DNA from: Candidatus Saccharimonadota bacterium
GTDB taxonomy: Archaea > Micrarchaeota > Micrarchaeia > Micrarchaeales > Micrarchaeaceae
Reading direction: 5' to 3'
DNA: 32,000 nucleotides
Assembly: GCA_963698035.1 (NCBI GenBank)
Contig: OY969114.1
Span: 420,001-452,000, forward strand
Shown here: positions 24,886 to 32,000 of the stretch, in pieces
Numbering within the stretch: position 1 is the stretch's first letter
Layout of the letters: every line of letters starts with the position of its first letter
The notes under the pieces: model-generated
Seen by the model: only the letters and a program-made list of their open reading frames with translations
Told to the model about the DNA's origin: nothing
Databases searched by the model: none
Program-made: the position numbers and the translations under genes

Positions 24886-26004
24886 TTTTTTCATTTTGGC
24901 TATCGCCCTGTCATACCTCTCGAAGAATGCCCTCCACGAGTAGTTTTTTCTGGCATCCTCGTCGCCCCTCTTTGCAACCCTCTCTGCAAGAGAAGGATTC
25001 TTCACAACAGCGAGCATCTTTGCTGCCATCTGCTCAGGGCTGTTCACAAGAAAACCGGTCACGTTGTTCTTCACAACCTCCCTCGGGCCTCCCTCATTCA
25101 CAGATATCGAAGGCTTCCTGCTGGCCATCGCCTCAAGCGGTACCACGCCAAGGTCCTCGTCCCTCGGAGTGTAGAGCACAGCCGTCGCTCTTGAATACAG
25201 CCTCCTTACCCTTTCCTCGGGTACGCCGGGCAGCACCCTCACATCCCCGATCTTCTTGGCAAGCCGGACGATGCCCTTGTAGTAATCGGAGTACTCCGTA
25301 TCCGTGGAGACGCTCCCGCAGAGGACGAGCTTATAGCCCTTCATCCTCTTCCTGAAGAGGCGGAACGCCTCTATCGCATACTCCTGCCTTTTGTTCGGCG
25401 AGAACCTGGAGGGATAGAAGAAGAACTTTCCATCACCGTCATTGTAAAAGTTCTCGCAATCGACACCGGTGCCTATTATGAAGGCCTCCCTGTTGTAGTA
25501 CTTCCTGATCCTTTCCAACGTGGCATTGCCATTCGCCATTATGAGTTCTATCTTCTTTACGACTCCCTGGTCAAGGCTCCTGACGATCTTTGCTCCAAGC
25601 TTGTAAACCGTCCTCTTGTACGGCGCCCTCCTGGACATCCTAAGCTCGTAAAGGTCGTAGATATCCCTTAAGGGAGTATGGCAGTGCCAAAGTACTCTTT
25701 CGTTCCTGTTCCTTATCCAGTGGCTGGGGCCTATGTGGGCGCCTATCACGTCATAATCCTCTTTTATCTTGTAGTTGTAGAATGACAGGCCGTAATCGAG
25801 CCCCTGCGTAGCCCTGCTGTACGGGAGCATCTTCGAGAAGGCGCCCCTCGTGATTATCCTTATGTCTATCTCCCTGTATTCAGGGAAGGTTCCCCCTCTG
25901 TCATATTCGGCCGTGTATATCGGGGAGTTGTAGTGCTGCGCTATCCTCAGTATGGTCCTCTCTGCACCACCCATCAGCGTAAGGTTCGACTGCGTAAGCA
26001 GCAT
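24880..26004 (-). CDS. Glycosyltransferase family 4 (GT-B, group 1)
   Basis: MGGAERT lies near the N-terminus, with the E-x7-E block DLGVVPLEAMASRKPSISVNEGGPREVV. ATG 26004 is preferred over the GTG at 26025. Confidence 0.85.
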   Translation of the reverse strand: MLLTQSNLTLMGGAERTILRIAQHYNSPIYTAEYDRGGTFPEYREIDIRIITRGAFSKMLPYSRATQGLDYGLSFYNYKIKEDYDVIGAHIGPSHWIRNRNERVLWHCHTPLRDIYDLYELRMSRRAPYKRTVYKLGAKIVRSLDQGVVKKIELIMANGNATLERIRKYYNREAFIIGTGVDCENFYNDGDGKFFFYPSRFSPNKRQEYAIEAFRLFRKRMKGYKLVLCGSVSTDTEYSDYYKGIVRLAKKIGDVRVLPGVPEERVRRLYSRATAVLYTPRDEDLGVVPLEAMASRKPSISVNEGGPREVVKNNVTGFLVNSPEQMAAKMLAVVKNPSLAERVAKRGDEDARKNYSWRAFFERYDRAIAKMKKL

Positions 26005-26097
26005 TTTTACTTTCAACAAAACCACTCGATTCTCTCAATAAAATCCTACAATAACATATAAATAGTAAGTCTACCAATTTAATAAAAGCTGATTTTT

Positions 26098-27393
26098 ATG
26101 GACCTGGGAGAAGGCTTGCGAAAGGCATTGGCAAAGCTGCAGCATGCCTCCATAATAGACGCAAAGACGATCAGGGAGTTCAACAAGGAGCTCCAGAAGA
26201 GCCTGCTCAGCGCGGACGTTGAGGTGGAGCTCGTGCTCAACTTTACTAACGGCATCGAGGAGAAGGCGCTGAAGAGCAGGCCTCCAGCTGGACTTGCGCC
26301 CAGGGATTACATAACCAACATAGTATACGAGGAGCTCGTGGCGCTGATGGGTGCCTCCTACGAGCCGAAGCTCAAGAAGCAGAGGATACTACTAATGGGG
26401 CTATACGGCTCTGGAAAGACAACAACCGCAGCAAAGCTCGCCAAGTACTATCAAGACAGGGGACTCAGCGCTGGGCTGATATGCTGTGACGTCTCAAGGC
26501 CAGCTGCCTACGAGCAGCTGGAGACGCTAGCCAAGCAATCGAATGTCGCATTCTTCGGCAGGAAAGGAGAAAAGGAGGCAAGCAAGATAGTCAAGGAAGG
26601 GCTCGAGAAGCTCAAGGACAAGCAGGTCGTGATATGCGACACGAGCGGGAGGAACGCCCTTAATGGTGAGCTCATAGAGGAGCTCAAAAGGGTCGCATCC
26701 GCTTTCAAGCCTGACGAGAGCCTCCTTGTGATAAGTGCTGATATAGGCCAGGTCGCAGGGAGGCAGGCAACCGAGTTCAACCGCTCTGTAAAGATGACAG
26801 GTGTAATAGTCACCAAAATGGACGGCTCCGGAAGGGGAGGCGGCGCACTTAGCGCTGCAAACGCGGCAAGGTCTATAGTTACCTTTATAGGTGTCGGCGA
26901 GAAACTCTCAAACATAGAGCCATACAACTCAGAGAAGTTCATAGGAGGGCTGCTTGGCATACCCGACATAGGCGGGCTCCTCGCAAATGTGCAGAATGCG
27001 GTGAAGGAAGCTCAGCTAAAGCCCGAAGAGATGGAGGCAGAGGAGCTTAACTTCGAATCGTTTTATGCGCAGCTAAAGGCGATGGGCAAGATGGGGCCGC
27101 TTAAGAACGTTTTCGGCATGATGGGGGCTCCCGATATCCCAAAGGAGATGGTAGACAAGGGGGAGGAAAAGCTCGGCAAATACAAGGCCATAATAGCCTC
27201 AATGACTAGGGAGGAGCGCGCCAACGAGAAGATACTGCACAGTCCCAGCAGGATAAAGAGGATAGCAAAGGGCAGCGGAACCACAGAGAAGGACGTTCAC
27301 GAGCTGCTTTCCGACTTCAACAAGATGAAGAAGATGTTTGGTATGGTGAAAAACGATAGGGACTTCAGGAAGAAGTTCTCAAAATTCATGTAA
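26098..27393 (+). CDS. srp54: Signal recognition particle protein SRP54
   Basis: The NG domain carries GLYGSGKTTTAAKLA, DTSGR, TKMDG and GGGALS. A Met-rich M domain follows at the C-terminus. Confidence 0.95.
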   Translation: MDLGEGLRKALAKLQHASIIDAKTIREFNKELQKSLLSADVEVELVLNFTNGIEEKALKSRPPAGLAPRDYITNIVYEELVALMGASYEPKLKKQRILLMGLYGSGKTTTAAKLAKYYQDRGLSAGLICCDVSRPAAYEQLETLAKQSNVAFFGRKGEKEASKIVKEGLEKLKDKQVVICDTSGRNALNGELIEELKRVASAFKPDESLLVISADIGQVAGRQATEFNRSVKMTGVIVTKMDGSGRGGGALSAANAARSIVTFIGVGEKLSNIEPYNSEKFIGGLLGIPDIGGLLANVQNAVKEAQLKPEEMEAEELNFESFYAQLKAMGKMGPLKNVFGMMGAPDIPKEMVDKGEEKLGKYKAIIASMTREERANEKILHSPSRIKRIAKGSGTTEKDVHELLSDFNKMKKMFGMVKNDRDFRKKFSKFM

Positions 27394-27436
27394 AACAAAA
27401 GAAAAAAAGAGAAAAAGGAAACAAAATAAGGGTGGA

Positions 27437-27457
27437 GGAAGAGAAATTATCTCTTCC
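27437..27457. terminator. Bidirectional terminator-like hairpin (GGAAGAGA-AATTA-TCTCTTCC) flanked by an A-tract and a T-tract
   Basis: A perfect 8-bp stem lies 44 nt after the srp54 stop. A T-rich run follows on the plus strand (27461-27488), and a long T-rich run follows on the minus strand (complement of 27394-27430). Confidence 0.45.
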
Positions 27458-27618
27458 CCCTTGTCTTTCTTGACTTCTTCGTTTTTTTAGGCATCACATC
27501 CACTTATAATTGTCTCATAACATAAGTATTTAAAAATGAATACCAATACCGGCAGAAATAATAAACGCCGATTTATCTGCGTAAACAAATGCGACTAAAA
27601 TAACCTTTCGTGTATCAA

Positions 27619-28725
27619 ATGAGCGATAAAACCGAGTTTCTGACGGGAAAACTGGAGGAATTGCAGGAGGAGTACTCAAAAACGAAGTACAACAAGGCCA
27701 CAAACCTGCATCTAGGCATACTCAGGGCAAAGATTGCGAAGGTAAAAAAGGACATAGTGGTTTCGGGCAAGAAAAGGCACGGCAAGGGCTTCTTTGTTAA
27801 GAAGACGGGCGACGCAACCGTCGCTCTGGTCGGCTTCCCAAACACGGGAAAGTCATCGTTGATTAATGCGATATGCAACACAAGGTCGAAGATCGCCGCG
27901 TACGCCTTCACCACCACATCGATAATACCCGGCACCATGCTCTACAAGGACACCCACATACAGGTCTTCGACATGCCGGGGCTCATCGAGGACGCCCACC
28001 TCGGCGCCGGTGGCGGACGTATGGTTATATCCGCAATGAAGGTCGCAGACCTGATAGCTTTCGTGATAGACATAAACATGCTCGGCCAGTTCGAGCAGCT
28101 AGTAAAGGAACTCACCTCTATTGACATACAGATAAACAAGAAAAAGCCATCAATGCAGCTGACCGAGACGCTCACGGGCGGAATCCACATAGAGGTGAAC
28201 AGGTCGGGGCTCCCGAAGCCGGACATAGAGACTATACTCCAGGGATTGGGAATACACAACGCCAACATATCGGTATGGGACAAAGTTGTAGAGGACGAAT
28301 TCATCGCGCTTGTCTCCGGCAGGTCGCAGTACATGAGTGCCATAGTCGCGCTCAACAAGGTCGACACAAAGGATGATTACCAGCAAATAGTATCCGATTT
28401 CTCAAAGAGATACGGGATAAAAACGATACCGATAAGCGCCACAGAGGGCACAAACATAGCCCAGTTCAAAGATGCAATCTACCAGAACCTCGGCATAATG
28501 ACGATATACCTTAAGCCGAACGTCGGGAAGGAGAGGCTGGCCCCGATGGTAATAAGAAAGCACGCAACTGTCAGGGACGCAGCGAAGAAGTTCCACACTG
28601 AGATAGTGGACGAGCTGAAGTGCGCCTACATCAACGGGCCGAGCGCAAAGTTCTCTAATCAGAGGGTCGGTGCCGATCATGTGCTGCAGGAGAGTGACAC
28701 AGTCACATTCATAAAAAATAAATAG
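27619..28725 (+). CDS. Developmentally regulated GTP-binding protein (DRG/Rbg; OBG-family GTPase with a C-terminal TGS domain)
   Basis: The N-terminal helical YNKATNLHLGILRAKIAKV is followed by G1 GFPNTGKSS, G3 DMPG and G4 NKVD. The C-terminal TGS-like block is VIRKHATVRDAAKKFH...VLQESDTVTF. ATG 27619 is preferred over the GTG at 27610. Confidence 0.85.
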   Translation: MSDKTEFLTGKLEELQEEYSKTKYNKATNLHLGILRAKIAKVKKDIVVSGKKRHGKGFFVKKTGDATVALVGFPNTGKSSLINAICNTRSKIAAYAFTTTSIIPGTMLYKDTHIQVFDMPGLIEDAHLGAGGGRMVISAMKVADLIAFVIDINMLGQFEQLVKELTSIDIQINKKKPSMQLTETLTGGIHIEVNRSGLPKPDIETILQGLGIHNANISVWDKVVEDEFIALVSGRSQYMSAIVALNKVDTKDDYQQIVSDFSKRYGIKTIPISATEGTNIAQFKDAIYQNLGIMTIYLKPNVGKERLAPMVIRKHATVRDAAKKFHTEIVDELKCAYINGPSAKFSNQRVGADHVLQESDTVTFIKNK

Positions 28726-28759
28726 GCATAGTACCAAGCAATAATGCGACCGTGGTAAG

Positions 28760-29218
28760 ATGGGAATAAAATACTGGGAATTTGAGGATGCACCGCTCAA
28801 GGAGAAACTGAAGAGCGTCAACGTGAAGGATATCGCAAGGATGTTCTTCGACAACGAGACCGAGGCATACCGTTTTGCGACTCTGCTACTCGAGGTAAAG
28901 AAGAAGGGCTCCATGAAACTCAAGGACGCACCACCAAGTATACCTATCGCCACAGCGAAAAGGTATCTGGATTACGCCGTCCAGTTGGGGCTCCTCAAGC
29001 ACGAGAGCAGCAGCTACGAGCTCACGGATAGATACACCAAGCCGTTCAGGAACATTGCACTCTACATAAAGGCGTGGATGGATAGCAAGAACGAGGAGGA
29101 CCTTTCCATCGAGTTCGCGAATGCGCGGGTGGAGAGACAGCCAAAGAGGGGAGGCAGGGCAAGCCAGGAGCCCGAAGCCGCCGCGCCTAATGAGCCGCAG
29201 AACGACTCTAAGGCGTAG
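28760..29218 (+). CDS. Hypothetical protein, possible winged-helix fold with a disordered acidic/Pro-rich tail
   Basis: 152 aa. The segment IPIATAKRYLDYAVQLGLLKHESSSYELT looks HTH-like. No family recognised. Confidence 0.45.
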   Translation: MGIKYWEFEDAPLKEKLKSVNVKDIARMFFDNETEAYRFATLLLEVKKKGSMKLKDAPPSIPIATAKRYLDYAVQLGLLKHESSSYELTDRYTKPFRNIALYIKAWMDSKNEEDLSIEFANARVERQPKRGGRASQEPEAAAPNEPQNDSKA

Positions 29219-29221
29219 ATA

Positions 29222-29296
29222 CGGGCCCGGCGGGATTTGAACCCGCGACCTTCAGATTAGAAGTCTGTCGCTCTATCCAAGCTGAGCTACGGGCCC
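29222..29296 (-). tRNA. tRNA-Arg(UCU), 75 nt, no intron
   Basis: Hand-folded. Acceptor is GGGCCCG/CGGGCCC and the D arm is GCUC..GAGC. The anticodon loop is CU-UCU-AA and the T arm is GCGGG-UUCAAAU-CCCGC. There is one A-A mismatch at positions 27-43. Confidence 0.9.
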
Positions 29297-29324
29297 ATGC
29301 AAAAACAATGCGCAGCAAAAGTTA

Positions 29325-30083
29325 TTAACGCATAAGGCGTGCGCTCATCAGCTTGCCTATCCCGAAGAACCTTTTCGCGTTACCTGTTGTCATCCAAGCA
29401 ACGTCATTGAACGGCAGCTGCTTTGCCGATGCTATTATGCCTACAGACCGCTCAACTGCGCCGGGAGACTCGCCGACTATCGGAGAGTCGCTCTCGACCA
29501 TCAGGGTCTCGATCGACACAGCCTTGATCGCCTTGCTGCGCTTGTTCGATTCCAACGGCGGCACAGATATCATGTACCCAAACCTCTCAGCCCTCTTAGC
29601 CTCGGCCTCGCCGCCCTCAAAGTAGTGGAGATGCGCCCTCTTTATCCCCTTCTCCTCCAGGACCTTTAGCACTTCGCCAATCGCATCCCTTGCATGCACC
29701 GACACCGGAAGATCCAGCGAGAGGCTCAGGTCAAGAAAAGCTTCGAATACCTTCAATTGACGTTTCGACCCCTCCGCCATGCTTGATATCTTGTAGTCAA
29801 GGCCTATCTCCCCAATTGCGGCGATCTTGCCTACGTTCTGCTTCACAAGATCCAGGTTGAATTCGAGCTCTTGCTCAAATTCTTTGTCTTTCATTGCAAT
29901 CGCATGTTCGGGGTCTATGCCAATCGCGGGGAAGATGTGCTTCCCATTAGCGAGCACTAGCGCCCTCATATTTGATTTTGTATCGACCCCGTCGGTTATC
30001 ATTGTAAGTACTCCTGAATCAACCGCCCTACTTATTACAGAGTAATCGTCTATCAGGTCTAAATGGCAGTGCGCGTCCGACAT
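29325..30083 (-). CDS. tatD: TatD-family metal-dependent hydrolase (DNase-like)
   Basis: SDAHCHLD, EIGLDY, VSVHARDA, HLHYFEG and ESDSP occur in TatD order. ATG 30083 is preferred over the GTG at 30146. Confidence 0.85.
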   Translation of the reverse strand: MSDAHCHLDLIDDYSVISRAVDSGVLTMITDGVDTKSNMRALVLANGKHIFPAIGIDPEHAIAMKDKEFEQELEFNLDLVKQNVGKIAAIGEIGLDYKISSMAEGSKRQLKVFEAFLDLSLSLDLPVSVHARDAIGEVLKVLEEKGIKRAHLHYFEGGEAEAKRAERFGYMISVPPLESNKRSKAIKAVSIETLMVESDSPIVGESPGAVERSVGIIASAKQLPFNDVAWMTTGNAKRFFGIGKLMSARLMR

Positions 30084-30205
30084 CTCAACGAGCTGCTTTG
30101 TCTCGTCCCTGTGCTCCACCACCTGCTTTGTTATCAACCGAACCACGACAGATAGGTATTTATATTCTAGAAATAAAAAGGCTCTGATAAGATACAGTGG
30201 GGTAC

Positions 30206-31324
30206 ATGCAGAAAAAGGACCAGTCGCGCACCAACAGAATCCTAATTGGGGTGGTAATCGTCCTGATAGCGATTGCAGTATACCAGGAGATAACGATAAA
30301 TTCGCTTTCGCACACAGTAACCCTGTCTAAGCTTACTATAAGTCAACTCCAGAACAAGATATTGAGCCTGAATGCCAGCCTCGCGAACAGCACCCGCACC
30401 ACCAAAATAGTTCTCCCATTCTACAATATAACCTTTGCAGAATCATATCCGCCAACGAGCCTGTCGAGCGCCCCGGTAGTTACAGAGCAGCAGCCTTTCG
30501 GCAAAAGGCTCACTGGAATAAACGCGCCGCTCAATAGCAGCGAGCTCTCGATAATAAATAATGCCTCAGAGTCGTACTTTGAGACCGCCGGCGAGATGTA
30601 CCTCAACGGGACCCTTGTCAACGAGGTCGGGATAGGAGGCTCTCTCCAGCAGGTCAACAACTTCGTGCTGAACGGGAAGCCGTCTGTTATCTACTACGGC
30701 AGCATAACCTGCATATTCTGTGGGGAGAACAGGTGGGCGATGGCCCTCGCGCTGGGGAGGTTCGGCAAATTCGGCAACCTCTATTATGGATATAGCAGTT
30801 TTGGGGATGGAGATCTGCCAACGCTCTATTGGAGACCAGACCAGTACAGCAACGCGTCCATCAACATAGGCAACTTCTATAATAGCAACTACATAAGCCT
30901 CCTCACTTTTGAGGATTCCGGCCCGATAACAGCGGGGTTTGTCCTGCAGACCTTCCCCCAGATACAGGCGGAGCTCAACACTACAGGTAACACCGCCTAC
31001 ATCGATGCGCTTAACTACATACTCGACATAAACAGCTTCTCCGGGACCCCCTACACGATATGGGGCAAATACGTCGTGGGCGGGGCAGATGCGGTCGACT
31101 TCGGCAACACCACGCCAACCTCTGCTTCATTCCCACTCACAAACATGACACACCAGCAGGTGCTCGCCCAGTTCGCCAATCCAAACGACCAGTTCGCATG
31201 GACAGAATATGCCGGCGCTGACATTTACATCGCCCTTACCTGCGCCAGCACGAACAACACCGCGCAGATATGCTCATTGCCTGCAATACAGGGCATAGAG
31301 TCCAAATTGGGCGTTGGGTCATGA
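30206..31324 (+). CDS. DUF929 family protein (thioredoxin-like, CIFC motif, N-terminal membrane anchor)
   Basis: The N-terminal TM segment is ILIGVVIVLIAIAVY. SVIYYGSITCIFCGENRWAMALALGRFGKF (CxxC at 30710-30721) and the C-terminal Cys pair LTCASTNNTAQIC support the call. It is a paralog of 12030-12827. An alternative GTG start lies at 30197. Confidence 0.75.
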   Translation: MQKKDQSRTNRILIGVVIVLIAIAVYQEITINSLSHTVTLSKLTISQLQNKILSLNASLANSTRTTKIVLPFYNITFAESYPPTSLSSAPVVTEQQPFGKRLTGINAPLNSSELSIINNASESYFETAGEMYLNGTLVNEVGIGGSLQQVNNFVLNGKPSVIYYGSITCIFCGENRWAMALALGRFGKFGNLYYGYSSFGDGDLPTLYWRPDQYSNASINIGNFYNSNYISLLTFEDSGPITAGFVLQTFPQIQAELNTTGNTAYIDALNYILDINSFSGTPYTIWGKYVVGGADAVDFGNTTPTSASFPLTNMTHQQVLAQFANPNDQFAWTEYAGADIYIALTCASTNNTAQICSLPAIQGIESKLGVGS

Positions 31325-31809
31325 GTTCCACACTCTCCAGGATCGGCAGATCCTTCAGGAGCGTCTACAAGCCCGCGTACATATTCATTAACATAGTTGT
31401 TGCCGCGCTCTACTACCTGCTATTCATATTTCTGATCAGGTACCAGAATTATGGCATACTCATATTCGGTGCGCCTAAGTCGCTCCTCTACGCGCTGGTA
31501 ATAACCTCATCGATAATGTTCACGATTGGCATCTACGCCATGAGAAGGTCATTCAAGAGGAAGACCACTGCATCGGCAAGCGCTGTTGGGACCATCATGA
31601 CACTATTCGCCGGGGTGATAGCAGGATGCGGGTGCTCCGCGCCCCTCATCTACGGGATAACCGTGTTCGGCCTCAGCATCGCGGAGGTCTCGGTCCTGGC
31701 GGCCTTCATAACCCAGTACTCTGCATACATAATCTCGGTGATAATCGCGGTCAACATCCTGCTCATCCTCTATTACTCGCTGAAGATACCAGGCGCAAGG
31801 AAGGGCTAA
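31321..31809 (+). CDS. Small 4-TM membrane protein with an intramembrane Cys-Gly-Cys motif
   Basis: The ATG at 31321 overlaps the DUF929 TGA stop (ATGA). There are four hydrophobic segments with basic cytoplasmic loops. TM3 carries LFAGVIAGCGCSAPLIYG, with the Cys codons at 31627-29 and 31633-35. Confidence 0.6.
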   Translation: MSSTLSRIGRSFRSVYKPAYIFINIVVAALYYLLFIFLIRYQNYGILIFGAPKSLLYALVITSSIMFTIGIYAMRRSFKRKTTASASAVGTIMTLFAGVIAGCGCSAPLIYGITVFGLSIAEVSVLAAFITQYSAYIISVIIAVNILLILYYSLKIPGARKG

Positions 31810-31811
31810 GC

Positions 31812-31820
31812 TTTAATATA
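31812..31820 (+). promoter_or_regulatory. TATA box (TTTAATATA)
   Basis: It lies 34 nt upstream of ATG 31855. Confidence 0.4.
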
Positions 31821-31854
31821 GCACCATATTAATTTTAAAGAAGAGCCAGTGACC

Positions 31855-32000
31855 ATGATGGTAAGGAAATCCAAGCCGAAGAGGCTGAAGGTCAGCAGAA
31901 AGACGCGCAATGCTCTGCCATCCAAAATTCCATATGCAGAGAGCCGTGAAGGGGCGATGCTCGACTGCATACTCGCGAGCGAGGACAAAGAGAAGGTGAG
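31855..32000 (+). CDS. Hypothetical protein, N-terminal fragment (continues beyond the window)
   Basis: ATG at 31855 with a frame open to the window end. The sequence begins with the basic N-terminus MMVRKSKPKRLKVSRKTRNALPSK.... Function unknown. Confidence 0.4.
   Translation, partial: MMVRKSKPKRLKVSRKTRNALPSKIPYAESREGAMLDCILASEDKEKV

Noticed and set aside
24927-25355. 142-aa plus-strand ORF downstream of the half-TBP, checked as a possible frameshifted second TBP repeat
   Set aside because: The Ser/Pro/Arg-rich sequence has no TBP-repeat similarity and is antisense to the GT4 gene.
27536-27595. 19-codon plus-strand ORF (MNTNTGRNNKRRFICVNKCD) upstream of the DRG gene
   Set aside because: It is too short, with no promoter or terminator context and nothing to distinguish it from chance.
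1-32000. CRISPR arrays, rRNA genes, transposases/integrases, and long direct or inverted repeats
   Set aside because: No regularly spaced repeats, rRNA-like stretches or mobile-element ORFs were seen in any frame. tRNA-adjacent genes (Nudix, TatD, wHTH) show no integrase or att-like duplication of tRNA 3' ends.

Overview
Archaeal chromosomal segment, roughly 50% GC by eye and densely coding on both strands. All family calls come from recalled motifs and no database was searched. Archaeal hallmarks: a thermosome, prefoldin beta, L14e/L34e, archaeal-type adenylate kinase, SRP54, mevalonate kinase with isopentenyl-phosphate kinase, intron-containing tRNAs, and TATA boxes about 25-30 nt upstream of ATGs, which suggests leaderless mRNAs.

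Content by theme:
- Translation and protein handling: dtdA, pfdB, rpl14e, cmk, rpl34e, a DUF106/YidC-like protein, adkA, srp54, a DRG GTPase, and tRNA-Trp, tRNA-Ser and tRNA-Arg.
- Isoprenoid and lipid metabolism: mvk, isopentenyl-phosphate kinase, uppP, a geranylgeranyl reductase and a CDP-alcohol phosphatidyltransferase.
- Oxidative repair: msrB, msrA and a peroxiredoxin.
- Glycosylation and envelope: two GT4 glycosyltransferases, a flippase-like membrane protein, a sulfatase-like enzyme, and several secreted proteins rich in N-x-S/T sequons.

No CRISPR array, rRNA or mobile element was seen. The gene content, two DUF929 proteins, a possible acid (G1-like) peptidase and heavy predicted glycosylation suggest an acidophilic DPANN/Micrarchaeota-like or Thermoplasmata-like archaeon, but taxonomy cannot be settled here.

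Most notable observations:
1. A 103-aa TBP with only one of the two canonical TBP repeats.
2. A thermosome gene broken by two +1 frameshifts.
3. A DUF929 CxxC thioredoxin-like exoprotein translationally coupled to a 4-TM protein with an intramembrane Cys-Gly-Cys motif, a possible extracytoplasmic thiol-redox pair.
4. K-turn/K-loop (box C'/D'-like) motifs inside the introns of both intron-containing tRNAs.
5. A 399-codon open frame at the left edge that the supplied ORF track misses.
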